From the NCBI RefSeq assembly GCF_006345805.1, contig NC_043013.1:20212001-20276000 (forward strand): a DNA stretch of 64,000 nucleotides, written 5' to 3'. A program made the position numbers and the translations under genes. The notes beneath the pieces are model-generated. The model worked only from the letters and a program-made list of their open reading frames with translations, was not told the DNA's origin and made no database searches. This DNA comes from Octopus sinensis. Lineage: Eukaryota. Of this stretch, positions 24,800 to 38,485 are shown one piece after another; the stretch's first letter is position 1, and the number at the start of each line of letters is the position of its first letter.

Positions 24800-25290
24800 T
24801 CACTTGTTGTCATATTTACATAACATATACTCAAAGACTGAACTCACGGCCGTTTAATTGAAACATATTTGCTATACTTTTATCCATTGGTTTCCATTGG
24901 GAAACATCTAAATTGAATTTAAACTAATTTTCAATAATAGATTGAGCAATTATAAGAGATAGCCATGGGTCCTCCATTATCATCAGTCGTAGCTAACATT
25001 TGTATGAAACACAGAAAATGTATCTGTGTTAAGTAGAACTGTGTTAAGTAGAAAGCTAAAAGTTACAATTTGGTTCAGGTATGTGGATGACACTTTCATG
25101 CTCTAACACTAGCAGGAAGATAACCAAATGCTTATCAGAAAATAAGAACTCCATACCTGAATCTATATAATTATTCATAATGGACAGTGACAATATTAAT
25201 TAACTGTCATTTCTCAATTTACTGGTAGAGTAAACATAAGTGAAATGTCAGAACATTCATGTTGTCATAAGTAGCACCCATTGGGCTCTG
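24800..25290 (+). pseudogene. Decayed Penelope-type reverse transcriptase fragment
   Basis: AMGPPLSSVVANICM (from 24962; PLE motif B is G.AMGSPLSP..AN.FM), WFRYVDDTFM (25071-25100) and FIMDSDNIN*LSFLNLLV (cf. FT.E.E....LPFLD); frameshifted with stops. Confidence 0.8.
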
Positions 25291-26099
25291 TAGAATATTG
25301 ACTGGCAATTTGTTGAATGTGTGAACACATGTCTGTTGCAATATCTGCAGGATAGGGTTAATGCTCTCTGCTAGATTAATGATGTTTAGAAATAGTATAA
25401 CATCTTTAGAAAGAAAGAAAAAAGCTATTCAACATACTCTCTTTTATCTTTTACTTGTTTCAGCCATTTAATTGTGGCCAGGCTGGGGCACTGCCTTGAA
25501 GGAATTTAGTCGCACAAATCATCCCCAGGACTTATTTTCTTTTAAGCCTGATACTTATTCTATCAGTTTCTCTTGCTGAACTGCTAAGTTACAGGGATGT
25601 AAACACACCAACACCAGTTGTCAAGCAGTGGGGAGGAGGACAAACACAAACACAAAGACACTCACACACACACATGTATCTATATATATCTATATATATA
25701 TATACATATATATAGTGATACTCTGAAGTACCCTTTTTTGATAGTGGTACTCCAGAGTACTTCTTTGATAGTTCTCTTCTTTGATCATGGTGCTCCTGAG
25801 TACTGTTCCAATGTTATATTGACCTTGATAGACTTTATCTCAGAAAACACACAATAAACACAATCCCAGATGTTTTGAGTTTTATTTTAATGAATTACCT
25901 ATATATAGAAAATGGCACAGCTGTGTTTGAGGCACAGATGTGACTGTGTGGTAAGAAGCTTGCTTCCCAACCGCAGGGTTCTGGTTTTTGCCTCATTGTG
26001 TTGTGCCTTAAGCTAGTGTCTTCTACTATGGCCCCAGGCTGACCAAGCCTTGTGAAGGGATTTGGTTGATGGAAACTGAAAGAAGCTTTCATATATATA

Positions 26100-26140
<41 letters not shown>

Positions 26141-26143
<3 letters not shown>

Positions 26144-26823
26144 GCAATTAAGGACAACTACTTAATAAGGAAAACTTAACAAGAAATTGTCAGGTAGATA
26201 GCGTAAAAACCTCATAAGAGAAAAAATTTCGAAAATAATTATTTCTTATTGAACATATTAATTTATATATATATAGAGGGCATTATACATACATGCCAGG
26301 AGGCATTCTACATACACGCCATACGCTAAGAGGGACAATCAGTCATTTCTACCAAAAATATTACTAATCCCACCGAATGCAATTTTTCAAAGAAAGACAT
26401 TTAAAAATATATAGACCTGTATCACAGTGATTTCATACTTACGTAATCATCAGCAGGCCTGAATATACCATAAATAAACAACGACCCCGCCTCGCTAAGC
26501 CGATCAGCTAACTGATCAACATCAACGAAGCACATGGTTGAATTTATATATTATATAATTCAACCATGTGCTTTGTTGATGTTGATCAGTTAGCTGATCG
26601 GCTTAAGCGAGGCGGGGTCGTTGTTTATTTATGGTATATTCAGGCCTGCTGATGATTACGTAAGTATGAAATCACTGTGATACAGGTCTATATATTTTTA
26701 AATGTCTTTCTTTGAAAAATTGCATTCGGTGGGATTAGTAATATTTTTGGTAGAAATGACTGATTGTCCCTCTTAGCGTATGGCGTGTATGTAGAATGCC
26801 TCCTGGCATGTATGTATAATGCC

Positions 26824-26840
<17 letters not shown>
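26141..26840. mobile_element. Non-coding PLE-type fold-back: ~285-bp inverted arms (26264-26549 / 26553-26840) plus a ~120-nt unpaired tail
   Basis: Arms are reverse complements apart from one substitution, one 1-nt indel and a central bulge; flanked by (TA)n. Confidence 0.88.
26642..26689 (+). ncRNA. Type I hammerhead ribozyme (inverse copy at 26413-26460)
   Basis: AGGCCTG|CTGATGA|t-TAC-gtaa-GTA-t|GAAA|TCA-ctg-TGA|TA|CAGGTCT: 7-bp stem I, GNRA-capped stem II, AUA triplet with predicted cleavage after 26682. Confidence 0.72.
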
Positions 26841-26859
<19 letters not shown>

Positions 26860-27073
26860 AAAATTTAAAATAAGCAGAAACTGGAGAAAGCTTTTGAGCA
26901 ACAAATTGACCATCTTTGGTTATTTTTTTTTTAATCAAAACTTAACGTTGCTTTGAACATAGTGTGCCTGGAGACCTGTGCCCAGGGTCAATATAAGTAA
27001 TTGACACCTGTAGTAAGAATAGATATTCTTATCCCTTAGATGGTTATTCCAACCACTAACTCTGCTGACCATG

Positions 27074-27395
27074 AAGGCATGTGGCTTAGTGGTTAGGGAA
27101 TTCGGCTCGCGATAGTATGGTCATGAGTTCTATTCTCAGTGACGTGTTGTGTCCATGAGCAAGACACTTTATTTCACGTTGCTCCAGTCCACTCACCTGG
27201 CAAAAGTGAGTGGTACCTGTGTTTGAAAGGGCCAGCCTTGTCACACTTTGTGTCATGCTGAATATCCCTGAGAACTACGTTAATGGCACCCGTGTCTGTG
27301 GAGTGCTCAGCCAGTTGCACGTTAATTTCACGAGCAAGCTATTCCATTGATCGTATCAGCTGGGACCCTCGTCTTCATAACCGATGAAGTGCTCC
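27074..27395 (+). mobile_element. SINE family E (tRNA head, CORE-like GTGTCC.TGAGCAAGACACTT) with T1 tail
   Basis: Head differs from family C, but the 3' ~185 nt aligns with 3673-3856. Confidence 0.75.
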
Positions 27396-27459
<64 letters not shown>

Positions 27460-27847
27460 CAATCCCCTAAATATTAGTCACAGATCATTGAAGGCTTGAA
27501 TTCAAAGCAAATTTAACAGCAACATCAGATCAATACATGATGTAATGATAGAAATCAATACATATTGTTGTAGGAGGATTCAATTTCCATTCTTGTCAAA
27601 GAACTACAGAAAACCCTACAGAAAACCTAAAAGCGAAGTACAGAGTGCTAATTGAGGAAGACATGAATAAATAAATTTAGGGCTAAGGTCAGCTAAATAA
27701 AATTGTTATTCCTTCAGGGTCAATTAACTCACAGTCGTTCTGTGGGATTAAAGTCTAATGGATGTGAAGTAGGAGTTTAGGGGTTCAGTTCTGTATATAT
27801 CATCACCATCATTATCATTATCATGATCACTTATCAGGACCACCAGT

Positions 27848-27953
27848 ATCATCATCATCATCATCTTCATCATCATCACCATCATCATCATCACCATGAT
27901 CATCATCATCTTCATCATCACCATCATCATCATCACCATCATCATCATCATCT

Positions 27954-27984
<31 letters not shown>

Positions 27985-27990
27985 CATCAT
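27848..27990. repeat. (CAT)n trinucleotide tract with periodic CTT/CAC interruptions
   Basis: Direct reading. Confidence 0.95.
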
Positions 27991-29615
27991 TTTCATCGTT
28001 GTCATCATTTCTGTCCATATCTTCATCATGCTGTCATCTGTTAGACAGATTTATGCCAACGCACAGTCAGTGTCTGTGTATATGAGTGTAAATGTGTGTA
28101 TGTGTGTGTGCTTGTGTTATACATTTATTTATATATGTGTGTATGTATGTGCTACACATCTCTTTATGTTCGTTTGTGTTGTACCCCTGTTTATAAACGC
28201 ATGTATGTATTTGTACCATACGTGAGTTTATGTATGTTTGTATGTACATGTGTGCAATACTCATCAGTGTGTGTGTGTGTGTGTGTCTGTCTGTTTGTCG
28301 TGTTATACATCTGTGTATAAACGAGTGTGTGTATCTTACATCTGTTTCTGCATGTGTGTGTGTATGTGATGCATACCTGTGCACGTGTGTGTGTTTTGTA
28401 CCTGCCGTGTCTTTTGTTCTATGCATCTGTCTTGCTTGTTTAGGCTACACACACCTTGCGCAGCACACACACCATCACAACTCACCTATACTACCCCTCC
28501 TTGCTGTCCACCATCACACCTCACCCTTGTTGCTGGGCAACAGCAATTTAATAAACAAAATATTTCATTTGAGATTTTACAACTTTATTACAATTTTGTT
28601 TAAATATTTTGATAAATCTCATTTCTCTCATTAAATTGAGATTGTTTTAATATTTTGTTGTTGTTGTTGTTAGTTCTGTGAATATTGTTATTCTTGTCTG
28701 TTTTTTGGGGGGATTTTTTCCCTCGCCCTCTCTTCTCTACACTCTGAACTTCAATGTTATTAATTATACATGGTTATGTTTGATTAAGACAATCTACACA
28801 CCCATACACACACACACACACTGAAATTGTAGGTCATTGTATGCATATGTGTATGTGTGTGTGTGTGTGTGTCTGTGTGTGTGTGTGTGTATGTGTGTAT
28901 ATATGGAGGGGACAGGGAGGGAGAAAATGGAGGTGATGTGAACTATTGTTTTACATATACACTACATGCTCCCTCTCACTCACAAACAACTATATACATG
29001 CATACACTAATTTATACATTCCTGCACACACACACACACACACACACCACGCACATGCACACACATTCATGCTTATACAGACACTCATTCGATGTTAGCT
29101 GGTCGTGATTCTTCATATTATTATAATTTGCACACTTATACCACCCCTATCTCCAGCCCTTACCTCTACCCACACTCTATACACACATGCACATATGCAA
29201 ATATATACACACATCTATATGCTTACACATTTCCACATACATGAACTAAGACACATCGGTGCACCTACACTCACACTTACACGTGTGTGTGTGTATATAT
29301 ATATATATATATGTATAAATGTATACACACACTCATACACACACCCATACTTAATAGTACACATATATACACATGTACTAACATATGCAAATATAATGGT
29401 CAGGCTAATACAGATTAGTGAATACTTCTATTCACACACACACACACACACACAGCCACTTAGAAGTGCTAGTAATTTACAAGTGGTGTCATAACCTAGT
29501 GATCTCAAGTTCAAATCTTAGCCTGATGCCCTCAACCTCTCACTAGTCATGGGGTCAACTACACTAATGTACAACCAAACCGTAGCAGCGAGTAATAATT
29601 TATAAACTAACATCC

Positions 29616-29646
<31 letters not shown>

Positions 29647-29789
29647 TATATACATAGTTGAGTGTATTATATATTAACTCTTGTAATATATTTGACAAGG
29701 CCAGCACTCTGTGGTGACTAACTCTTCTGGGGTGGCCACTGTGAGACAAGCGAAAATGAATATTACCATTATTATTATTCTTATGGTGG

Positions 29790-29999
29790 TGTGCTGGCAG
29801 AATCGTTAACATGCTGGGCAAAATGCTTAACAGTATTTTGTCTGTCCCTATGTTCTGAGTTCAAATTTTGCCGAGGTTAATTTTGCCTTTCATCCTTTCA
29901 GTGTTGGTGAAGTAAGTACCAGTTACAAACTGGGGGACAATGTAATTGACTTGCCCCCTTCCTCAAAATTTCAGGCTAGGTGCCTATCATAGAAAAGAA

Positions 30000-30039
<40 letters not shown>

Positions 30040-31295
30040 GATAAGGCAGCGAGCCGGTAGAATCTTTAGTACACCAGGCAAAATGTTTAGTGGTATTTCG
30101 TCTATCTGTATGAACTGACTTTGCCTTTCATCCTTTCAGAGGTGATAAAATAAGTACCAGTTGAGTACTGAGGTCAATGTAATCTACTTGCACCTCCCCC
30201 CACCCAAATTACTGGCCATGCGCCAAAATTTGAAGCCATTGTTGTTGATGTTGTTAAGGCAGTAAACTGGCAGAATGGTAAGCGCACCAGACAAAATGCT
30301 TTGCAGCATTTCATCCATCTTTGCTTTCGGGCTCAGTGAAATAAGTACCAGTTGAGTACTGGGGGCCAATTTTAATCAAGTAGTCCCCTCCCTTCAAATT
30401 TCAGATCTTGTGCCTATAGTAGATAGGAATATCATTGTTATTATTGTTATCATCTCTAAGTTTGGCAGAATCATTGGCATGTCAAACAAAATGCTTAGCA
30501 GTATTTCCTTCAGCTCTTTGTGTTCTGAGTTCAAATCCTACCAACATCAACTTCCCTTTTTGTCCTCTCAGGTTTATGAAAGTACTGGGATCAATATAAT
30601 TGTCTACCCCTCCCATTAAATTTTCAAGCTTTGTGCTGTGACTTAAAGCATCATCATTATCATCATTATTGTTGTTGTTGTCAAATTGCTGAAGGAGATG
30701 TCCTTGAAGGCACATAGCGCAGTGGTTAGAGCATTGGGCTCACAGTCATGAGGTCGTGAGTTCAATTCCTTGAGCAATTCTTGAGCAATGCACTTTACTT
30801 CACGTTGCTCCAGTTCACTCAGCTGTAGAAATGAGTGGCAACATCACTGGTGCCAATCTGTATCAGCCTTTGCTTATCCTTTGGATAACATCTGGTGCAT
30901 GGAGAGCAGAGGCTGGTATGCATGGGCGACTGCTGGTCTTCCATATATTACCATGCCCAGACTTGTGTCTGAGAGGAGAACTTTCTAAGTGCAATTCTAT
31001 TGTCATTAATAACCTAAGGGGATCTTTACTCTTCATGTCTTTGAATTAGCTTGTCCCAATTCTGGCAATGACTTGTTCATTATTAAACAATCCTGGAATT
31101 CTGCAAGAATCATTAGAATGCCAGGCAAAATTCTTAGCAGTATTTTGTCCATCTATACATTCTATAGTTCAAATGCACTGGAGTCAAATTTGCCCTTCAT
31201 CCTTTCGAGGTTGATAAAATAAGTACCAGCTGAGTACTGGGGTTGATGTAACTGACTTATCCCTTTGCCTGAAATTGCTGGCCTTGTGCCACAAT
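29790..31295 (+). mobile_element. Cluster of five decayed family D SINEs (about 29790, 30043, 30262, 30462, 31100) and one family E copy (~30705-31010)
   Basis: Repeated GGCAGAATC.TTAG..AAAATGCTT..TTTCATCCTTT..AAGTACCAG modules, all on the + strand. Confidence 0.7.
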
Positions 31296-31384
31296 TTGAA
31301 ATCATTAACTCTTCCTGTAAAACATGGATACTGAAACATTAATTCTTTCAAGAAAGTATTCTCAGAGTACTTCAAACAGGTTAG

Positions 31385-32058
31385 TAGAAAAGCCAAACTC
31401 ACAATTTTCAATTTGGTTTCCAAGCCTATGGTCATAAATGTTGGGTCAGTGACTGAAAGAGTATGGTCTTGAATGCAAGTGGGCAAAATGGTGTTCCTCC
31501 AAAGGATCTCTGGAGTAATGCAATATGACAAGGTGTGTAGCTTGGAGATCAGGGATTCTCTCCAGTTGAGCCATTTCTTTTAACTACATTGAGAGGTAAT
31601 GGCTCCATGTGCTATGGACATCGGATTAGAATGTTGCAGGAAAGATTGCAAGACAGATTCTTCAAGCGAAGCCTACTGGCAGGAAACATAGAGATAGACT
31701 AAGAATAAGATGGGTGAATAATATCCATAGTCTCAGTTGGTCAACCTCCTCCTCCTCCTCATCATCATCATCATCATCTTCATTGTCATTTAACGTCCAC
31801 TTTCCATACTGGCATGGTTTAGATGGTTTAGAAGCACCACTTGGCTGAGAGAGGGATGTAAAAGACACCTCTGCATGTATGGACACCTCTGTATGTATGG
31901 ACAGTTACAGTTTTCCGTATCTTGGAAATCCAGCCAGAAAATCTATCACAGCTTCTTCTGGTAGGATCATATGGAGGAGGTGCCTGATGCCCCTCTCCCC
32001 CCATAACCCTCCCAGGAATACTAGGCAGAGAATGTGGTTGAATGGATGGATGGATGCA
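31385..32058 (+). pseudogene. 3' end of an RTE (Expander-like) LINE, interrupted by a family B fragment (~31760-31850)
   Basis: KAKLTIF..TERVWS*MQVGKMVFLQRISGV..DKVCSLEIRDSL, then ..IWRRCL..NGWMD with a (TGGA)n tail at about 32042-32058. Confidence 0.7.
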
Positions 32059-33133
32059 TAATCTGAAATTGGAGGCATTTCAGAAGAAAATTCAGTTGTT
32101 GCTGTGGAAATATATTAACAGCATTGCATGTGCGAGGTGTCATTTGTGATAACCAAGAATTCATTTATAGAAATATTTGCGTGTCTGTGCTACCATGGCA
32201 AACATCAACTATGTGTGCTGGTACACACGTGTGTCTTGGTGTGTTTGTGGGTGGTGGTGGATGTATGCATTATGCACTCACATATTTATGTTCATACATG
32301 CATACATTCAGGCACAACCACCCACAAGAATGTGGAGATATTTTCGAATTCATATATATGCAAATTTAATGCATATCTGGAAAACAATAAGGAAAAATGG
32401 TAAGAAAGAGGTGGGAAGAATGTTGAGAGTAGTGATGATAGAGCAAGCAAGCCCCACCTCTCTCTATCTATATATATATATATATATACACATACACACA
32501 TGGTCTGTTTATCTCTCTTTCTTTCTAAGTTGTCTATTTAATCTATCATCATCATCATCAGCAGCAGCATGGTTATGATATCTTTTATTCAATGTTTACA
32601 ATGGATTTTACAGGTTTCTTTTCAGTGAAACCCTTCTATTCTCAAAGCAGGTGACACAGTGAGTTAGGCTGTTGGATTCGTGACCATAAGGGGCGTGGGT
32701 TCAATTACTGGGGCCATATTTTGCATTGTGCCCTCGAGCAAGTCACTTCATTTCGTATGGCTTTAATTGATTCAAATGAAAATGGGCTGAGTTGCCTGGA
32801 GAGTGGCACTTATCGAAATTTGAATCCAGATTTTACAAATGCAAGATATTGACGGACTTTGATGGCAACAACAAACACAAAAATGTGCATGCACACTCAC
32901 ACCTCTCTCTCTCTTTCTCTCACACACACTCACACCTGCACACACATGCACTCAAAACCCACATTCATACATACATGCACATGTATGCACTCTCTGTCTC
33001 TCTCTTTTTCATGCACTTTCTCCCTCACATATACACACACACACATATATATACATGTGTGTGCACTCTCTCGCTCTTCTCTCTCTCTCTCACTCATACA
33101 CACACATATTGACACACATTCACACACACACAG

Positions 33134-33630
33134 GTGCACTCAACATACATGAGTGCACTCTCTCTCTCACTCATACACACACATTCACACACACACACAG
33201 GTGCACTCAACACACATGAGTGCACTCTCTCGCTCTCTCTCTCTCTCATTCATACACACACATTCACACACACACACACAGGTGCACTCAACACACATGA
33301 ATGCACTCTCTCGCTCTCTCTCTCTCTCATTCATACACACACATTCACACACACACACAGGTGCACTCAACACACATGAGTGCACTCTCTCGCTCTCTCT
33401 CTCTCTCTCTCTCACTCATACACACACATTCACACACACACAGGTGCACTCAACACACATGAGTGCACTCTCTCGCTCTCTCTCTCTCTCTCTCTCACTC
33501 ATACACACACATTCACACACACACAGGTGCACTCAACACACATGAGTGCACTCTCTCGCTCTCTCTCTCTCACTCATACACACACATTCACACACACACA
33601 GGTGCACTCAACACACATGAGTGCACTCTC
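33134..33630. repeat. Seven-unit array of a 25-nt hairpin separated by (CT)n/(CA)n spacers
   Basis: GTGCACTCA-acacaca-TGAGTGCAC at 33134, 33201, 33282, 33361, 33444, 33527, 33602. Confidence 0.92.
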
Positions 33631-34999
33631 TCTCTCTCTCATTTAAAGATAGAAGAACCAGTGAAGTTGCATTTTATCTTACTGTATTTAATCCCTCGTG
33701 AGCTTCACACTTAGTACTCACACTTCTCCTCTGGTCATCCATTCTGTTTGCCTTATGCCCCAACCTAACCACAACTTTTCCTCTGGTCACTCATTCTTAC
33801 CCTCCTGGGCCCCACACTAGTCCCACTTCAACTCTGGTCGCTCATTCTTACTCTCCTGGGCCCCACTCTAACCATTATCCTTCTCTGTCCATCATGTCTT
33901 ATCTCATCTCCTAATTTCCATACTGATCCCTAGCCATACCTTCTTCCCTACAATGCTATCCCCTGGAATTGTCTTCCTACCACCATTTTATGTGCATACA
34001 CCAAAATACTGATATTCAAACTGAAACTTATCTACATCAAGGTGGACAGGTGGACAGGCAGGCAGGTAATATAGATGATGCAGTGGTAAATATGTGTGCA
34101 TATATGTATGTATGTGTGTGTGTATATGTGTAAGTATGTGTATATGTATGTATGTATGTATGCATATATATATATGTATATTTATATGTATATGTATTTA
34201 TGTATATATGTGTATACATATATGTATATAGATATGTTTATATATATGTAGATCTGTATGTTTATATGGAGATATATTTATACATATGAATATATGTATG
34301 TTTGCATGTATATGTGTACGTATATATATATATATATGTGGATATATGTATGTATACATATTTATATATGTATGTTTGCAAGTATATGTGTACGTATATA
34401 TATATATATATATAATATATATGTATATATGTGGATATATGTATGTATACATATTTATATATGTGTGTGTATATATATGTGTATGTGTGTATATGTGTGT
34501 ATGTGTATATATATATATATATGTGTGTGTGCATATATATATATGTATGTATGTATGTATGCATGTATATACATGAGTAAATGTAAGTAGAAGCAAGACA
34601 GTCAAGTTGATATACAAAAAGATGTTAATTAAATTTAATACAAAGAATGTACATATGTATGCATTTAAAAGAAGTCTAACTGACACAGAATGGAAATGAT
34701 ATCAGGAATTATGGTGGTGGTGGGGTAGGGTTGAGTAGGAGTTTTACATATATATACATATTGTACATTCTTTGTATTAAATGTATTTAACATTTTTTTG
34801 TATATTAATTTGGTTAACTTGCTTCTCCTTACATTTACCCCTCCTCTACCTGCTCAAGTTCAAATCTCTTGAGCTCTGTGAAGTGTATTCTATCCAGAGA
34901 ATACCTGCCTCTAATCTATAAACTATATGCGTGTGTGTGTGTGTGTATGTGTGTATACATATATGTACGTATGTATGTATAATCAAAATCGAAAACGAT

Positions 35000-35326
35000 C
35001 AACATCAATGGAAATTGTAGCTGTGATACCGGTGGCATGTAAGAGAACCATCTGAATGTGGCTGTTGCCAGCGCCACCCTGACTGACCTCTGTGCTGGTG
35101 ACATGTAAAAAGCACCAACCGATCGTGACCGTTTGCCAGCATCGTCTGGCACGTAAAAAGCACCCACTACACTCACGAAGTGGTTGGCGTTAGGAAGAGC
35201 ATCCAGCTGTAGAAACACTGCCAGATCAGACTGGGCCTGGTGCAGCCTTCTGGCTTCCCAGACACCAGTTGAACCGTCCAACCCATGCTAGCATGGACAG
35301 CAGACATTAAACGATGATGATGATGA
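35000..35326 (+). mobile_element. Family B copy
   Basis: Same modules and (GAT)n tail as other B copies. Confidence 0.75.
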
Positions 35327-35404
35327 AGATGTATATATACATATATTTTATACATGTATATTTTTTTTAATGATCCTTCCCGTGGAAGGATCATTAAAAA
35401 AAAT

Positions 35405-35802
35405 AGGCGTAGCTGTGGCTGTGTGGTAAGTAGCTTGCTTACCAACCACATGGTTCCGGATTCAGTCCCACTGCATGGCACTTTGGGCAAGAGTCTTCTA
35501 CTATAGCCTCTGGCCAACCAATACCTTGTGAGTGGATTTGGTAGATGGAAACTGAAAGAAGCCCATCGCATATATGTATATATATTTGTGTGTGTGTGTT
35601 TGTCTCTCTGTGTTTGTCACTCCAACATCATTTGAGAACTGATGCTGGTGTGTTTATGTCCCCGTATCTTAGCGGTTCGGCAAAAAAGACCAGTAGAATA
35701 AATACTAGGCTTACAAAGAATAAGTCCCGGGGTTGATTTGCTCGACTAAAGGCAGTGCTCCAGCATGGCCACAGTCACATGACTGAAACAAGTAAAAGAG
35801 TA
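35405..35802 (+). mobile_element. SINE family A, full length (head, microsatellite, body)
   Basis: Complete bipartite structure. Confidence 0.8.
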
Positions 35803-36108
35803 AACGTATGTATAAGTTAATAGATATGTAGGTGGATACCATGGTAATAAATATGAATGTTTTGTTTGAGTAATGATCTGGTCAAGTACTCAATACAAAG
35901 ATCAAGTGCAGTAGTTCATTTCTGCCATTCCGTTGGCCTGTTGCACTGCAGTTTTACACAGTGTGCAACAGCTGCTGAAGCTGCGTTTTTTCGAACGTGT
36001 CAGGTTGACTCGTTTGCAAAAGCAGCAGCATGGCAAGGAAGAAACTGCAGAGTAACATGAACGTGGGATGGCAAAAACCAAACCACCTGTGTGTGGTATT
36101 TGCATATA

Positions 36109-36150
<42 letters not shown>

Positions 36151-36417
36151 ATTGTATGTATACGCACAGACGCACACAGACGCATACATACATACATGTG
36201 TGTGTGTGTGTGTGTAATGCTGAGATAAAAGGAGAAAGTGTTGGGTGATTAGGAGAAGGCAGAACAGGGAAGTGCCATGTTGTTATTCTTATTTCCATAA
36301 ATCTCCTGACAGATGGGTCTTGTTACTCCAATAAATCTTCCCCGTTGTGGGGGGGGGGGCAGTTTTAGGGCCTCATTTTATATCTTCCAGCTAACCTCTT
36401 CCCCACCCCCACAGCAT

Positions 36418-36455
<38 letters not shown>

Positions 36456-38094
36456 GCATATATACAGGTGCTCTCTCTTTCTCAGCCTGACTCAAACCCC
36501 CACCACCGCCACCACCACCATCACACCCTATTTTTATTATATTTTATTTCTTTGACATAATAGTAATATCACCTGAAGCTTCTTCTGGATTTACACACTC
36601 ACACACACTTACACTCACACACACTCACACTCACACATGTATATATACACATAGACACATGTACATACACACATGCACACACAAAGGTGTTTATCAAAGT
36701 TAATGGAAGGGTGCTCGGAATATCTCTTGTTCTCTGTATAGCCATAGTTTTCATTACGTTGTGTTTGAGTGTGTGTATATATATATATATAGTGTAATAA
36801 ATAAAATATATGCATACATACAAACATATATGTACGTACCGACATCTACATGTATATATACATGCATATATAAATATATATATACGTACAGGACTTCACA
36901 AGAAGACGAAAAAATCAACAGAACGAAAGATAGATAGATAGATATACATAGATAGATATACATAGATAGATAGATAAATAGATTGATATATATATATATA
37001 CACACACACATATATATATATAGATAGATTGATAGATAGATAGATATAGATATATATATATACACATACATACACCCACCACTTATGCAAATACTTGTAT
37101 GTGTGTATACACACACTTATATATGTGTATATGCTTGTTTGTATATGTGATGCTGTGCCATGATGTGCAAGGGAGTCTTTAGTTACAACCCCCTCCCCTC
37201 CCCCCACATTATCTTCCTATAAAGAATTTACCAATCTCTTTCTTTTATGACCCAAAGTAAGAATGAACATGGTTTTTTTCCTGTTTTTCCCTTTTTATTA
37301 CTATTGTAGGCTTTCTCTGTGTGTGTTTGCCTGTGTCTACATACATATACAGTTGCATGTATGTGTGTGTGTGTGTGCTTGGTTGTGTGTGTGCTTGTGT
37401 ATGGTTGTGAGTGTGTATGGTTGAGTGTGTGTGTGCATGGTTGTATGTGTGTATGTGTGTGCATGTTTGTGTGTGTTTGTGTATGTGTGTGTGTGTGCTT
37501 GGTTGTGAGTGTGTATATGAGTGCATGTTTGTGTGTGTGTATGTGCTTGGTTGTGTGTGTGCGTGTGCTTGGTTGTGTGTGTGCGTGTGCTTGGTTGTGA
37601 GTGTCTATGGTTGAGTGTGTGTGTGTGTGTGTGTTTATGGTTGTATGCGTGTATATGTTTGTGTGTGTGTGTGCTTGGTTGTATGTGTGTGTAGAAGTAT
37701 TTCCTTTTGGTGCTTCTCATTTCCCTATTTTATTTTCCATTAAGCCTGAGTGTGTGTGTGTGTGTGCTTTCTTACTCTCTTAATTACACTTTTTTTTTAT
37801 CAAATCTCATGATTGCAGAAAAAAAGGGGCTTCATAGCTGCCCCCCCCCCCCCCCGCGCTTTCCATTCTGTTGTCTTCACTTCCACAGAACAACAAAGCA
37901 ATGTATAAATGAAGAAAATGAGTAGGTAGGTAGATTGGTAGATTGTTAAATACGTGGGTAGGAAGATGGTCGGGTGGGGCAATACCTAGGTAGCTAGAAG
38001 GGTAGATGCTTTGATAAAGAATGTAGGAAAGTGATTATTATTCATATTTATTCATAATTTATTCATTATTATTCATACTTGCACGAGCCCCATG

Positions 38095-38485
38095 CTAGTA
38101 GGGTATTAAGAGCACCATCCAAGCATGATTGTAGCCAGAGCTGCTATCTGGCCTCTGTGCCGGTGGCACATAAAAGACACCATTTGAGCGAGGTCGTTGC
38201 CAGCATCGCCTTACTGGCACCTGTGCCGGTGGCATGTGTAAAAAGATTCGAGTGAGGTCATTGCCAGTACCGCCTGACTGGCCCCGTGCCGGTGGCACGT
38301 AAAAAGCACCCACTACACTCTCGGAGTGGTTGGCGTTCGGAAGGGCATCCAACTGTAGAAACTCTGCCAGATCAAGATTGGAGCCTGGTGCGGCCGTCTG
38401 GTTCGCCAGCCCTCAGTCAAAATCGTCCAGCCCATGCTAGCATGGAAAGCGGACGTTAAACGATGATGATGATGATGATGATGAT
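38095..38485 (+). mobile_element. Family B, long copy with (GAT)n tail
   Basis: Internally repeated CCGGTGGCA.(G)TAAAA modules followed by the common B 3' end. Confidence 0.8.

Noticed and set aside
27748-28225. Poly-His, poly-Asp and poly-Met ORFs
   Set aside because: Frames of a (CAT)n tract; no splice or domain support.
33134-33630. CRISPR-like repeat-spacer array
   Set aside because: Eukaryotic context, spacers are simple microsatellites rather than unique sequences, and there are no cas genes.
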